Below are positions 24,016-32,699 of a DNA stretch of 64,000 bases, piece after piece (positions within the stretch are counted from its first letter, which is position 1; each line of letters opens with the position of its first letter). The notes below the pieces were generated by a model. That model saw nothing but the letters and a program-made list of their open reading frames with translations, was not told where the DNA came from and did no database searches. Location of the stretch: NCBI GenBank assembly GCA_002298925.1, contig DBMM01000028.1, positions 3,713 through 67,712 on the forward strand, in the 5' to 3' direction. Both the position numbers and the translations under genes were made by a program. Source of the stretch: Geobacter sp. UBA698. GTDB lineage: Bacteria; Desulfobacterota; Desulfuromonadia; Geobacterales; Pseudopelobacteraceae.

Positions 24016-26277
24016 ATGGAACCGATCACCACCTACAAAGAACGCTGTCGCCGCTGTTATTCCTGTGTCCGCACCTGCCCGGTCAAGGCCATCAAGGTCG
24101 ACCAGGGCTTTGCCCAGATCATCTACGACCGCTGCATCGGCTGCGGCAAGTGCCTGGCCTGCCCCCAGAACGCCAAGGTCGTGGTGGACAGGATGGTCAG
24201 GACCCAGGAGCTGCTGGCTTCGGGCGCCCCGGTGGTGGCGGTGCTGGGCTGCTCTTTCCCGGCCTACTTCCACAGCATCACCCCCGGCCAGCTGGTGTCC
24301 GGCCTGAAGAGCCTCGGCTTCCTCGAAGTCCATGAAGGCGCCTACGGAGCCCGCATAATCTCCGGTGGCTACCAGGAGGCGCTGACTAAATCCAGACAAG
24401 CACTGATCTCGTCCCATTGCCCGACCGTGGTCGATCTGATCGAACGACACTTTCCCAAACTGCTGCCCAACCTGGTCGGCGTGGTTTCGCCGATGATCGC
24501 CATGGGGCGTTTTATCAAAGGAGTGCTGGGCCAGGAAACCAAGGTGGTCTATGTCAGCAGCTGCATCGCCGCCAAGTTCGAGGTACAGTCCGCTGAATCA
24601 GCCGGGGCCATCGACGTTGTGCTGACCTACCAGGAGATCGAAAAACTCTTCAAAAGCCGCGGCATTAATCCGGCCGCGCAGAGCGAGGCAAACTTCGACG
24701 GCATCAGCCCCGGCGTGGGTCGACTCTTTTCGCTGACCGGTGGCGCCATGAAGGTCTTCGGAATCGAAGCCGACTTTCTGGATACGGATGTCATCTCCGC
24801 CGAGGGGGAGTCCCACACCATCGACATCATCCGCGATCTCGCCGCGGGCACCATAGCGCCGGCCTACGTCGATCTGCGCTTCTGTGACGGCGGCTGTGTC
24901 GACGGCCCGGCCCGCGACCGCCAGCTGAACCACTTCTTCAAGCGCAAGCTGATCGTCGGCCACAACAAGAAAACCGACTCCTGCGAACCGGCGCGCCACT
25001 ACCGTTCCACAGCGCTGCTGCCCGATCTGGAGCGAGCCTATGCCGACCGGTCGCTCAAGCTGCCCAGCCCGGGCAAGGATGACGTCAAGCGCATCCTGCA
25101 CTCAACCAATAAATTCACCCAAGGTGACGAGCTCAACTGTCGCGCCTGCGGCTACAACACCTGCCGGGAACATGCCGTGGCCGTCAGCCAGGGACTGGCC
25201 GATATCGAGATGTGCCTGCCCCACAACATGCAGCAGATCGAGGAGGACCGCGGACGCCTGATGCAGCGCTACGAGCTCGTCCGGCGCGAACTGGACCGAC
25301 AGATGGGCGATGACCCCATTGTCGGGGATGATCCCGGCATCCAGGAAGTGCTCGAATTGATCCGCCAGGTTGGACCAACGCCGACCACGGTCCTGATCAG
25401 AGGAGAAACCGGAACCGGCAAAGAGCTCACGGCGCGTGCCATCCAGCGCCTCAGCCTGCGCAACGACAAACCGCTGGTGACGGTCAACTGCACCACCATA
25501 ACCGATTCACTGCTGGAAAGTGAGCTGTTCGGCCATAAAAAGGGGTCTTTCACCGGGGCGGTAGCCGACAAGAAAGGGCTCTTCGAGGCGGCCGACGGCG
25601 GCACGATTTTCATGGACGAGATCGGTGATATCACCCCGAAACTGCAGGCCGAGCTCCTGCGTCTGCTGGACCTGGGCGAGGTACGTCCGGTGGGTGGCAC
25701 CAAGGCTAAAAAGGTGGATGTGCGCCTGATTGCGGCCACCAACCGGGACCTGGAACTGGGCATCCGCGAGGGATGGTTTCGCGAGGACCTTTATTACCGT
25801 CTGAATGTTTTCAATATCGTCCTGCCGCCACTCAGGGAACGGCTGGACTCCATCCCGCTCCTGGCCCAGCACTTCCTGGAAAAGGCCCGCAAAAAGCTGA
25901 ACAAGAACATCGTCGGCATCGAGGAACGGGCGGTCAAGGCCATGCAGCAGTACGGCTGGCCCGGCAATATCCGCGAGATGCAGAACATCATCGAGAGGTC
26001 ATCGGTACTGGCCAAAGACGGTATCATCAGACTCGAAAACCTGCCGACGATCTTTGCCAGCACCTACGAACGCTGCGTAGACAATGAAGTGGGTCGTCGC
26101 CGGGTTTCATTCAAGGCCGAGCGGGAGCTGCATGTCAGCCGGACAGAAAAGAACATCATCGCACGCTATCTTGAGGAAACCGGCGGCAACGTGGCCAAGG
26201 CAGCCCGCCTGGCCAATATCCCCCGCCGCAGCTTTTACCGGCTGCTCGGCAAGTACGGCATCGAGGTGGCGCGCTAG
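24016..26277 (+). CDS. Sigma-54-dependent transcriptional activator with N-terminal 2x[4Fe-4S] ferredoxin plus [FeFe]-hydrogenase-like sensor domain
   Basis: Ferredoxin motifs CRRCYSCVRTCP and CIGCGKCLACP. H-cluster-like motifs SSHCP, SSCIAAKFE and FCDGGCVDG. Also CRACGYNTC. AAA+ features are Walker A GETGTGKE, GSFTGA loop and FMDEIG. C-terminal Fis-type HTH AARLANIPRRSFYRLL. GTG at 23974 is an alternative start. Confidence 0.85.
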   Translation: MEPITTYKERCRRCYSCVRTCPVKAIKVDQGFAQIIYDRCIGCGKCLACPQNAKVVVDRMVRTQELLASGAPVVAVLGCSFPAYFHSITPGQLVSGLKSLGFLEVHEGAYGARIISGGYQEALTKSRQALISSHCPTVVDLIERHFPKLLPNLVGVVSPMIAMGRFIKGVLGQETKVVYVSSCIAAKFEVQSAESAGAIDVVLTYQEIEKLFKSRGINPAAQSEANFDGISPGVGRLFSLTGGAMKVFGIEADFLDTDVISAEGESHTIDIIRDLAAGTIAPAYVDLRFCDGGCVDGPARDRQLNHFFKRKLIVGHNKKTDSCEPARHYRSTALLPDLERAYADRSLKLPSPGKDDVKRILHSTNKFTQGDELNCRACGYNTCREHAVAVSQGLADIEMCLPHNMQQIEEDRGRLMQRYELVRRELDRQMGDDPIVGDDPGIQEVLELIRQVGPTPTTVLIRGETGTGKELTARAIQRLSLRNDKPLVTVNCTTITDSLLESELFGHKKGSFTGAVADKKGLFEAADGGTIFMDEIGDITPKLQAELLRLLDLGEVRPVGGTKAKKVDVRLIAATNRDLELGIREGWFREDLYYRLNVFNIVLPPLRERLDSIPLLAQHFLEKARKKLNKNIVGIEERAVKAMQQYGWPGNIREMQNIIERSSVLAKDGIIRLENLPTIFASTYERCVDNEVGRRRVSFKAERELHVSRTEKNIIARYLEETGGNVAKAARLANIPRRSFYRLLGKYGIEVAR

Positions 26278-26430
26278 CGGGTTGCCGGAAAACTGCCGCA
26301 GCAAGCCGCCTGAGTCGCTCCATGACAGCGGCAGCGCCAATCCCGACATATCCGACTCACCACAACACCTAACACCTCAAAATTTCACGGTTTTATTCAA
26401 GTGACGGATTGTGTATACTTTTGGCCAACA

Positions 26431-26450
26431 GTGTGCCAATTTGAGCACAC
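26431..26450. promoter_or_regulatory. Inverted repeat GTGTGC-N8-GCACAC, candidate enhancer (UAS) for the adjacent sigma-54 promoter
   Basis: Lies about 100 bp upstream of the -24/-12 element, with an AT-rich tract (26510-26528) between them. Confidence 0.3.
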
Positions 26451-26533
26451 ATTTTCCGCACCCCCAACAAGATTAACATGATCTCATTTTGCAACATACC
26501 GGAATAGCACGATAATTTATTTTTTTACGAACT

Positions 26534-26549
26534 TGGCACGGAAATGGCT
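26534..26549 (+). promoter_or_regulatory. Sigma-54 (-24/-12) promoter
   Basis: TGGCACGGAAATGGCT compared with the consensus TGGCACG-N4-TTGCW has one mismatch. Lies 72 nt upstream of the small ORF at 26621. Confidence 0.6.
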
Positions 26550-26620
26550 TTGTATACGTCATCAACGTTCACACACGAACCGTCTGACAAAATACAAAAC
26601 CATTACGGGAGGAAGAAATC

Positions 26621-26806
26621 ATGGGTAAAATGAGAGAGAATCCGAGGTACAATGTCATTTCGATGAGGATCAGCGACGAGGAGCGCGAGCACCTCGAAAA
26701 CATCATGGAAAGAACGCAGCTGAGCATCTCCGATATCATGCGCGAGGCCATGGAGTACTTTGCAGCCAACTACGAACAGATTGAACAGCACAGCAAGGCG
26801 GCCTGA
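26621..26806 (+). CDS. Small (61 aa) ribbon-helix-helix-like regulator, possibly the Geobacter HgtR type
   Basis: RBS GGGAGGAAG. NVISMRISDEEREHLENIMERTQLSISDIMREAMEYF looks like an RHH/CopG fold. Downstream of a sigma-54 promoter and next to the hydrogenase-like EBP. Confidence 0.6.
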   Translation: MGKMRENPRYNVISMRISDEEREHLENIMERTQLSISDIMREAMEYFAANYEQIEQHSKAA

Positions 26807-26837
26807 TCGACGCCTTTTTGATACATCACGCAGCAAA

Positions 26838-26876
26838 AAAGGCGGGGGGATAATTCCCCTCGCCTTTCATTTTTCC
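26838..26876. terminator. Bidirectional terminator between the small regulator gene and rng
   Basis: AAAGGCGGGGGGA and CCCCTCGCCTTT arms followed by TCATTTTT. Confidence 0.55.
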
Positions 26877-26908
26877 GACAGTAGCAACTGGTTACAGCCG
26901 GCCAGCCT

Positions 26909-28432
26909 TCAGTTGATCAGAATCTCGAACTGTTCCTGATGAAAACCGGGCTTGGCCCGGACAGTAATGCGTTTCTTGAACTTCTTTTCCAGCTCCTCCA
27001 GCCCGCGGCGCTCCTCGTCGTATAGCAGGTCCGCAACCTGCGGATGCACTGACACCATGGCCTTGGTGCCGCGGATGTCCAGCATCTCCCGGCGCAGTTC
27101 CCGAAAAATTTCGTGACAGACCGTGGTCTTGGACTTGATGTAGCCGCGCCCCTCGCAATAGGGACAGGGTTCGCACATCATGCGGCCGATGCTCTCCCGC
27201 ACCCGCTTGCGGGTCATCTCAACCAGACCCAGCTCCGATATCTTCAGTATATTGGTCTTGGATTTATCACTCTTGAGAGCTTCGTCCAGGGCGCCGAAGA
27301 CCTTTTCGCGGTTGACCTCTTTTTCCATGTCGATGAAGTCGATGATGATGATGCCGCCGATATTGCGCAGACGCAGCTGATAGGCGATCTCCTTGACCGC
27401 TTCCAGGTTGGTTTTGAGGATGGTATCCTCCAGGTTGTGCTTGCCCACGAAACGGCCGGTATTGACATCGATGGCGGTCAGCGCCTCGGTCTGCTCGATG
27501 ATGATATAACCGCCGGACTTGAGCCACACCTTGCGTCCCAGGGCGCGGCTGATCTCCACCTCCAGGCCGAAATGATCAAAGATCGGCTCCTCCTCGTCGT
27601 ACAGTTCGATGGAGTACTTCATCTTGGGCATGAAAGTGGTGATGAACTGCACGATACGGTCATGGTCCGGCTTGGAATCCACGATGATCTTGTCAACCTG
27701 CTCGGTGACGATATCCCGTACCACCTTCTGGATCACATCCAGGTCGGAGTGGATCAGGGAAGGCACTGAGGCCTTTTCCTTGCGCTTGGCGATTTCACCC
27801 CACAGAGTGGAAAGGTACTGCATGTCCGAAAGCAGGTCTTCTTCGCTTTTCCCTTCGGAAACGGTACGGACGATGTAGCCGGAGCCGGGCTGCTTGAGGC
27901 GTTCAACCGCTTCCCGCAGACGTTCGCGCTCCGCTTCGTCCTCGATACGGCGGGAGATGCCGACGTGATCCACGGTCGGCATATACACCAGATGGCGACC
28001 CGGCAGGGAGATATGGGAGGTGATCCGGGCGCCCTTGGTGCCGATCGGCTCCTTGGAGATCTGCACCAGCAGCTCCTGCCCCTCCTGGAGCAGCTCCTCA
28101 ATGGGGTGCAGCGGCTTGAAATCGGGATGGCTGGCCGGCTGCTGCTCGCCGTTGGGCTCGTGCTCCTTCTTGCCGTCGTACAGCAGCGACTCGTACTCTT
28201 CCAGGGCGTCGAACACGTCGGCCACATACAGAAAAGCGGCCTTCTCAAGGCCGATGTCCACGAAGGCGGCCTGCATGCCGGGCAACACCCGAATGACGCG
28301 CCCCTTGTAAATGTTGCCGACAATGCCCTTTTCCCGGGTCCGCTCGATATACAACTCGGCGATTGTGCCGTTCTCGATCAACGCGATGCGCGTTTCATGA
28401 GAAGTGGCGTTGATAACCAGTTCTGTGCCCAT
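26909..28432 (-). CDS. rng: Ribonuclease G (Rne/Rng family)
   Basis: 507 aa with an S1 domain, GNIYKGRVIRVLPGMQAAFVDIG and TAIDVNTGRFVG, typical of RNase E/G. Confidence 0.88.
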   Translation of the reverse strand: MGTELVINATSHETRIALIENGTIAELYIERTREKGIVGNIYKGRVIRVLPGMQAAFVDIGLEKAAFLYVADVFDALEEYESLLYDGKKEHEPNGEQQPASHPDFKPLHPIEELLQEGQELLVQISKEPIGTKGARITSHISLPGRHLVYMPTVDHVGISRRIEDEAERERLREAVERLKQPGSGYIVRTVSEGKSEEDLLSDMQYLSTLWGEIAKRKEKASVPSLIHSDLDVIQKVVRDIVTEQVDKIIVDSKPDHDRIVQFITTFMPKMKYSIELYDEEEPIFDHFGLEVEISRALGRKVWLKSGGYIIIEQTEALTAIDVNTGRFVGKHNLEDTILKTNLEAVKEIAYQLRLRNIGGIIIIDFIDMEKEVNREKVFGALDEALKSDKSKTNILKISELGLVEMTRKRVRESIGRMMCEPCPYCEGRGYIKSKTTVCHEIFRELRREMLDIRGTKAMVSVHPQVADLLYDEERRGLEELEKKFKKRITVRAKPGFHQEQFEILIN

Positions 28433-28481
28433 GCTATAAACCCCTGTATCTGAAGTAAATCTGGAAAATTGAAAATTATTG

Positions 28482-30956
28482 TTACGTGATGAAAATCACG
28501 TCACATTTTTCGATGCGAACGTCATCGGCCTGCAGGTCATCCCGGCCGGTGATGGCACGAGCGAACTCCAGCGGCTTGCCACGGCCAGCCACCAAGTCCA
28601 GGGTTGCGCCGGAAGCGGAAAGAGAGACCACCTCGCGCCGCAGATCGATGGCCTGGGTCTCCCCTTTTTTCTTTGTACGCTGAATGACGAAATCGCTATG
28701 TGCCAAAAATTGCACACACCGTTCAACCAGGCTGCCAGCCCAGCTTTCAGCGAGGGTCATGCGATAATGCGTGCTCTCGATCAGGGTTGAAAGTGAGGGC
28801 GCCTTCATATCCACCAGCTCCGCCTCCAGGATCCGCAGCCCCGCGGGCAATGCCGCGTTAAGACGTCTTTGGATTTCGACCGCCGGAACACCGGCAGCCA
28901 CCACCATGTCCATATACTCGGCCTGCGATTCCACACCGACCGAGGTCGCGGTTGCAAAAGAAAAACGGGGATGGGGATGGAACCCCTGGGAGAACAGGAT
29001 CGGCACCCCGCCGCGACTGACGGCACGGGTGAATACGGTCAGCAGCTCCAGGTGACTCAGGAAGCGCATGGCGCCTTGCTTGGCGAACCTCAGGCGAACG
29101 CGGGCCGCCGCATCGTCAGCATGGGCAACCTCGCTCCGGGGCGGAATGGCAGCTTCAGTCGCCAGCCGATTGGTGACATCCTTGAAGTCGCAGACACCGC
29201 AGGCGCTGCAGTGGCCATGGCGGCAGTCGGGAGTGGCCGCTTCCACCATGGCGCGCTCCCGCTCCTCAAGCAGAAAATCCCGTGTCACACCGCAATCCAG
29301 GTGCTCCCAGGGCAGCACCTCATCCAGCTCCCGGCGACGCAGATACCATTCCGGCTGGATTCCGCATTCCCGGAAGGCCTGCTGCCAGCGCTCCAGGGAG
29401 AAGTGCTCGCGCCAACCGTCGAAGCGGCATCCCAGCTCGACAGCCCGCACCAGAACCGGCGCCAGCCGGCGGTCACCACGGGCAAAGACCCCTTCCATGA
29501 AGGTCAGCGGCGCATCCTGCCACTTGAATTTCAGTTTGCGCTTTTTCAGCTCGGTATGCAGCTGGTACTGACGCTCCAGAATCTCCTCAGTTGAAATCTG
29601 CGGCTCCCACTGAAAGGGGGTATGGGCCTTGGGCACAAAACTGCCGACCGCCACATTGACCTCGCCCGGATTGCCGGAACGCTTGCCCTGATCCTTAACC
29701 TGACGAGAGAGAACGGAGATCTGGGTCACATCCTCGGCCGTTTCGCCCGGCAGTCCGATCATGAAATAAAGCTTGATCGTTCGCCAGCCGGCTCGATAGA
29801 CATTGAAGGCCGTTTCCAGCAGGTCTTCCTCGGTAATGCCCTTGTTGATCACCCGGCGCATCCGCTCGCTGCCCGCCTCCGGGGCCAGGGTAAAACCGGT
29901 CTTGCGCACTTTTTTGATGTCGTCGATCAGCCCCTCGGTCAGGGTGCCGACCCGCAGCGACGGCAGTGACACGGCAATCCGGTCATGGGCGTAGCGGGTC
30001 ATCAACTCCGAGATCAACGGCGCGACGCAGGAGTAGTCGCCGGTGGAAAGGGACAACAGTGAGATCTCGTCATAGCCGGTGGCTTGCAGGGACTTCCGGA
30101 CCAGATCCAGAACCGTGGCCGGTGACCGCTCCCGCAGCGGCCGGTAGATATAGCCGGCCTGACAGAAACGGCAGCCCCGGGTACACCCCCGGGCAATCTC
30201 CACCGCAACCCGGTCATGCACGGTCTTCATGAAAGGCACCACCGGTTCGTCGGCATAGACAGCCGTATCCAGATTGCCGAGAAAGCGCCGCCGCACACGG
30301 CTGCGGCCACCCTTGAGCGGCGCGATTGCGGCAATCGAACCGTCCGGATTGTAGCTCGGCCCGAAAAAAGCGGGAATATAGACGCCTTCAATGGCGGATA
30401 GGCGCTCCAACTGGGCCGGGCGCCCCTCGCCCAGCCGTTTGGCCTCCCGCAGCGCTTCGGCGATCTCCACAATCGCCTCCTCGCCATCCCCCAGCAGAAC
30501 AGCATCGAAAAAAGGGGCCAGCGGTTCGGGGTTATAAGCGCACGGGCCGCCTGCAATCACTAGCGGGAAGTTCTCGTCCCGTTCAGCCGCCATCAGCGGG
30601 ATGCCAGCCAGGCGCAGCATGTTGAGGATGTTGGTGTAGGAAAGCTCGTACTGCAGGGTAAAGCCGATCAGGTCGCAATCAGCCAGCGGCGTGGAGGTTT
30701 CCAGGGTCGCCAGCCGGACGTCGTCAGCCTTAAGCTGCTGCTCCATGTCGGGCCAGGGCGCAAAAACACGTTCGGCAGCGATTCCGTCAACCTGGTTGAG
30801 GATCTGATAAAGTATGCGCAGACCGAGGTGGCTCATGCCCACCTCATAGACATCGGGGAAGGCCAGGGCAACGCGCAGTTCGGCAACATCCTTGCGGATG
30901 GAGCCCATTTCGCCTCCCATGTAGCGGGCTGGTTTTTCAACGGCAAGAAGATTCAA
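28482..30956 (-). CDS. B12-binding-domain radical SAM protein fused to a DUF2344-type C-terminal domain
   Basis: 824 aa with an EKPARYMGGE start and the radical SAM cluster motif CTRGCRFCQAG. The long C-terminal domain is of the type commonly found next to rng/rne. Confidence 0.8.
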   Translation of the reverse strand: MNLLAVEKPARYMGGEMGSIRKDVAELRVALAFPDVYEVGMSHLGLRILYQILNQVDGIAAERVFAPWPDMEQQLKADDVRLATLETSTPLADCDLIGFTLQYELSYTNILNMLRLAGIPLMAAERDENFPLVIAGGPCAYNPEPLAPFFDAVLLGDGEEAIVEIAEALREAKRLGEGRPAQLERLSAIEGVYIPAFFGPSYNPDGSIAAIAPLKGGRSRVRRRFLGNLDTAVYADEPVVPFMKTVHDRVAVEIARGCTRGCRFCQAGYIYRPLRERSPATVLDLVRKSLQATGYDEISLLSLSTGDYSCVAPLISELMTRYAHDRIAVSLPSLRVGTLTEGLIDDIKKVRKTGFTLAPEAGSERMRRVINKGITEEDLLETAFNVYRAGWRTIKLYFMIGLPGETAEDVTQISVLSRQVKDQGKRSGNPGEVNVAVGSFVPKAHTPFQWEPQISTEEILERQYQLHTELKKRKLKFKWQDAPLTFMEGVFARGDRRLAPVLVRAVELGCRFDGWREHFSLERWQQAFRECGIQPEWYLRRRELDEVLPWEHLDCGVTRDFLLEERERAMVEAATPDCRHGHCSACGVCDFKDVTNRLATEAAIPPRSEVAHADDAAARVRLRFAKQGAMRFLSHLELLTVFTRAVSRGGVPILFSQGFHPHPRFSFATATSVGVESQAEYMDMVVAAGVPAVEIQRRLNAALPAGLRILEAELVDMKAPSLSTLIESTHYRMTLAESWAGSLVERCVQFLAHSDFVIQRTKKKGETQAIDLRREVVSLSASGATLDLVAGRGKPLEFARAITGRDDLQADDVRIEKCDVIFIT

Positions 30957-31046
30957 GGGTCGACAGTCCTTATCAATATTAAATGGAAGCTTATGACTCT
31001 AACAAATCAGGCCTGAATATGGCAAGGGAAATACCCAATTTTTTTC

Positions 31047-31075
31047 TTGCATATCGATGTCAGTGATGATATAAA
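31047..31075 (+). promoter_or_regulatory. Candidate sigma-70 promoter for tRNA-Leu
   Basis: TTGCAT (31047-31052), 17 nt, then TATAAA (31070-31075). The tRNA starts 13 nt downstream. Confidence 0.4.
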
Positions 31076-31087
31076 TTTTGTCCTGTT

Positions 31088-31174
31088 GCCGAGGTGGCGG
31101 AATTGGTAGACGCGCCAGATTCAGGTTCTGGTACTCGCAAGGGTGTGCTGGTTCGATTCCAGTTCTCGGCACCA
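31088..31174 (+). tRNA. tRNA-Leu (anticodon CAG), CCA encoded
   Basis: Cloverleaf readable by eye: acceptor GCCGAGG/TCTCGGC, anticodon arm CCAGA-TTCAGGT-TCTGG, long variable arm, T-arm GCTGG-TTCGATT-CCAGT. Confidence 0.9.
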
Positions 31175-31187
31175 AAAAGAAAAATTA

Positions 31188-31219
31188 GGGGTTGACCTTC
31201 ACGGTCAGCCCCTTTTTTA
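31188..31219 (+). terminator. Rho-independent terminator after tRNA-Leu
   Basis: GGGGTTGACC and GGTCAGCCCC arms (10 bp, one G-U pair) followed by TTTTTT. Confidence 0.75.
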
Positions 31220-31250
31220 TTCGCGTCTTTTCTTCAGTTCGGAAGCACCG

Positions 31251-31409
31251 TCAATAGATGACGATGTAGTCATGCTCCTGGGCGATCTTCGAGATCTCGA
31301 GCGTATCCTTGATATGGTAGGTTTTGCCCTCCAGCTTGAAGATGTAGCCCCCTTCGCCGTCCGGGACAGCATCTTCCAGAAGCGCTTCAAAGGTTGCCGT
31401 CTTTACCAT
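31251..31409 (-). CDS. Hypothetical small protein (52 aa)
   Basis: ATG at 31409 preceded by RBS AAGGAG. Sequence MVKTATFEALLEDAVPDGEGGYIFKLEGKTYHIKDTLEISKIAQEHDYIVIY. The longer ORF up to 31586 overlaps ltaE and was rejected. Confidence 0.4.
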   Translation of the reverse strand: MVKTATFEALLEDAVPDGEGGYIFKLEGKTYHIKDTLEISKIAQEHDYIVIY

Positions 31410-31449
31410 GATCCGATCTCCTTTCCCCGGCACTCCGCCGGATTCTGCC

Positions 31450-32514
31450 TTATTCTCTGAAAGCCTTACGCACCGCCTCCACCAAATGCCGCACATCCTC
31501 CTCCGTTGTCTGCCATGAGCACATGAAGCGGGCACCGCCGGCGCCGATGAAGGAGTAAAAACGCCAGCCCTCTGCGCGCAGCGCATTTACAGCCAATTCC
31601 GGCATCTCCACAAACACCGAATTGGCCTGGCAGGTATGCATGATGCGCACCCCGTCGATGCTGGACAGTTCCTGCGCCAGCAGCCGGGCGCAGCTGTTGG
31701 CTTGCCGGGCATTGCTCAGCCAGGCACCGCTCTCCAGCATGCCGATCCAGGGGGCGGACATGAAACGCATCTTGGAGGCCAGTTGTCCGGCCTGCTTGCA
31801 GCGGAATTCGAACTCGTCGGCCAGTTTCTGGTCGAAAAAAACCACCGCCTCCCCCAGAGCCATACCGTTCTTGGCCCCCCCCAGACAGAGCACATCAACG
31901 CCGGCCTTCCAACTGATTTCGGAAGGATGGATATCCAGTGCCGCCACCGCATTGAAAAAACGTGCTCCATCCATATGCACCCTGAGACCATGTTGACGGG
32001 CCAGCCTGCTGGCAGCAGCGATCTCTTGGGGAGTGTAGACCGTACCCAGTTCCGTGGCCTGGGTCAGGCTGAGTACGCGCGGTTTCGGATAGTGAATATC
32101 GGAACGGCGAATGATGGCCTGCTCCACCGCCCCCAGATCCAGCTTGCCATGTTCGCCATGTACCAGCAGGATTTTGGTGCCGTTGGAAAAAAACTCCGGC
32201 GCCCCGCACTCATCGGTCTCGATATGGGCCACCTCGTGACAGATTACGCTATGGTAGGAGTGGCAGAGCGCTGCCAAAGCCAGAGAATTGGCGGCGGTAC
32301 CGTTGAATACGAAAAAAACCTGGCAATCGGTGGCAAAGAATTCGCGGATGCTCTGACAGGCCTGCTCGGTCCAGGCATCATCCCCGTAAGAGGGAACAAA
32401 GCCGCGGTTGGCATCCTGCATGGCCTGCCAGGCTTCCGGACAGATACCGGCATAGTTGTCGCTGGCAAATTGATTGAAATCCGGCACAGCCGGAATTGTC
32501 GTGATGCTGCTCAT
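31450..32514 (-). CDS. ltaE: Low-specificity L-threonine aldolase (beta-eliminating lyase family, PLP)
   Basis: ATG at 32514 preceded by GGAGGAG. Contains FASDNYAGICPE...YGDD...NGTAANSLA... and GGAKNG. Confidence 0.8.
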   Translation of the reverse strand: MSSITTIPAVPDFNQFASDNYAGICPEAWQAMQDANRGFVPSYGDDAWTEQACQSIREFFATDCQVFFVFNGTAANSLALAALCHSYHSVICHEVAHIETDECGAPEFFSNGTKILLVHGEHGKLDLGAVEQAIIRRSDIHYPKPRVLSLTQATELGTVYTPQEIAAASRLARQHGLRVHMDGARFFNAVAALDIHPSEISWKAGVDVLCLGGAKNGMALGEAVVFFDQKLADEFEFRCKQAGQLASKMRFMSAPWIGMLESGAWLSNARQANSCARLLAQELSSIDGVRIMHTCQANSVFVEMPELAVNALRAEGWRFYSFIGAGGARFMCSWQTTEEDVRHLVEAVRKAFRE

Positions 32515-32699
32515 GATCTCCTCCACAAATTTAGTCACACCATACTGCCGTTGATCGATTTCAGTACGAAGTCCGGCGCAGCAGGGCTGGCCCCTCAAGC
32601 GTCTCCGGTTGACAATTATAGCGACTAGTGCTTGAACAAAGTGCAATTAATGCCTAGTATATACCGTTTCTTCAATGTTTTTGAAAAGGGATATTTCCG

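Noticed and set aside
26422-26436. Second possible sigma-54 element TGGCCAACAGTGTGC upstream of the small regulator gene.
   Set aside because: It has GG-N10-GC spacing but a poor match outside the dinucleotides. It overlaps the inverted repeat that is better explained as the enhancer site. The element at 26534-26549 is much closer to consensus and better positioned.
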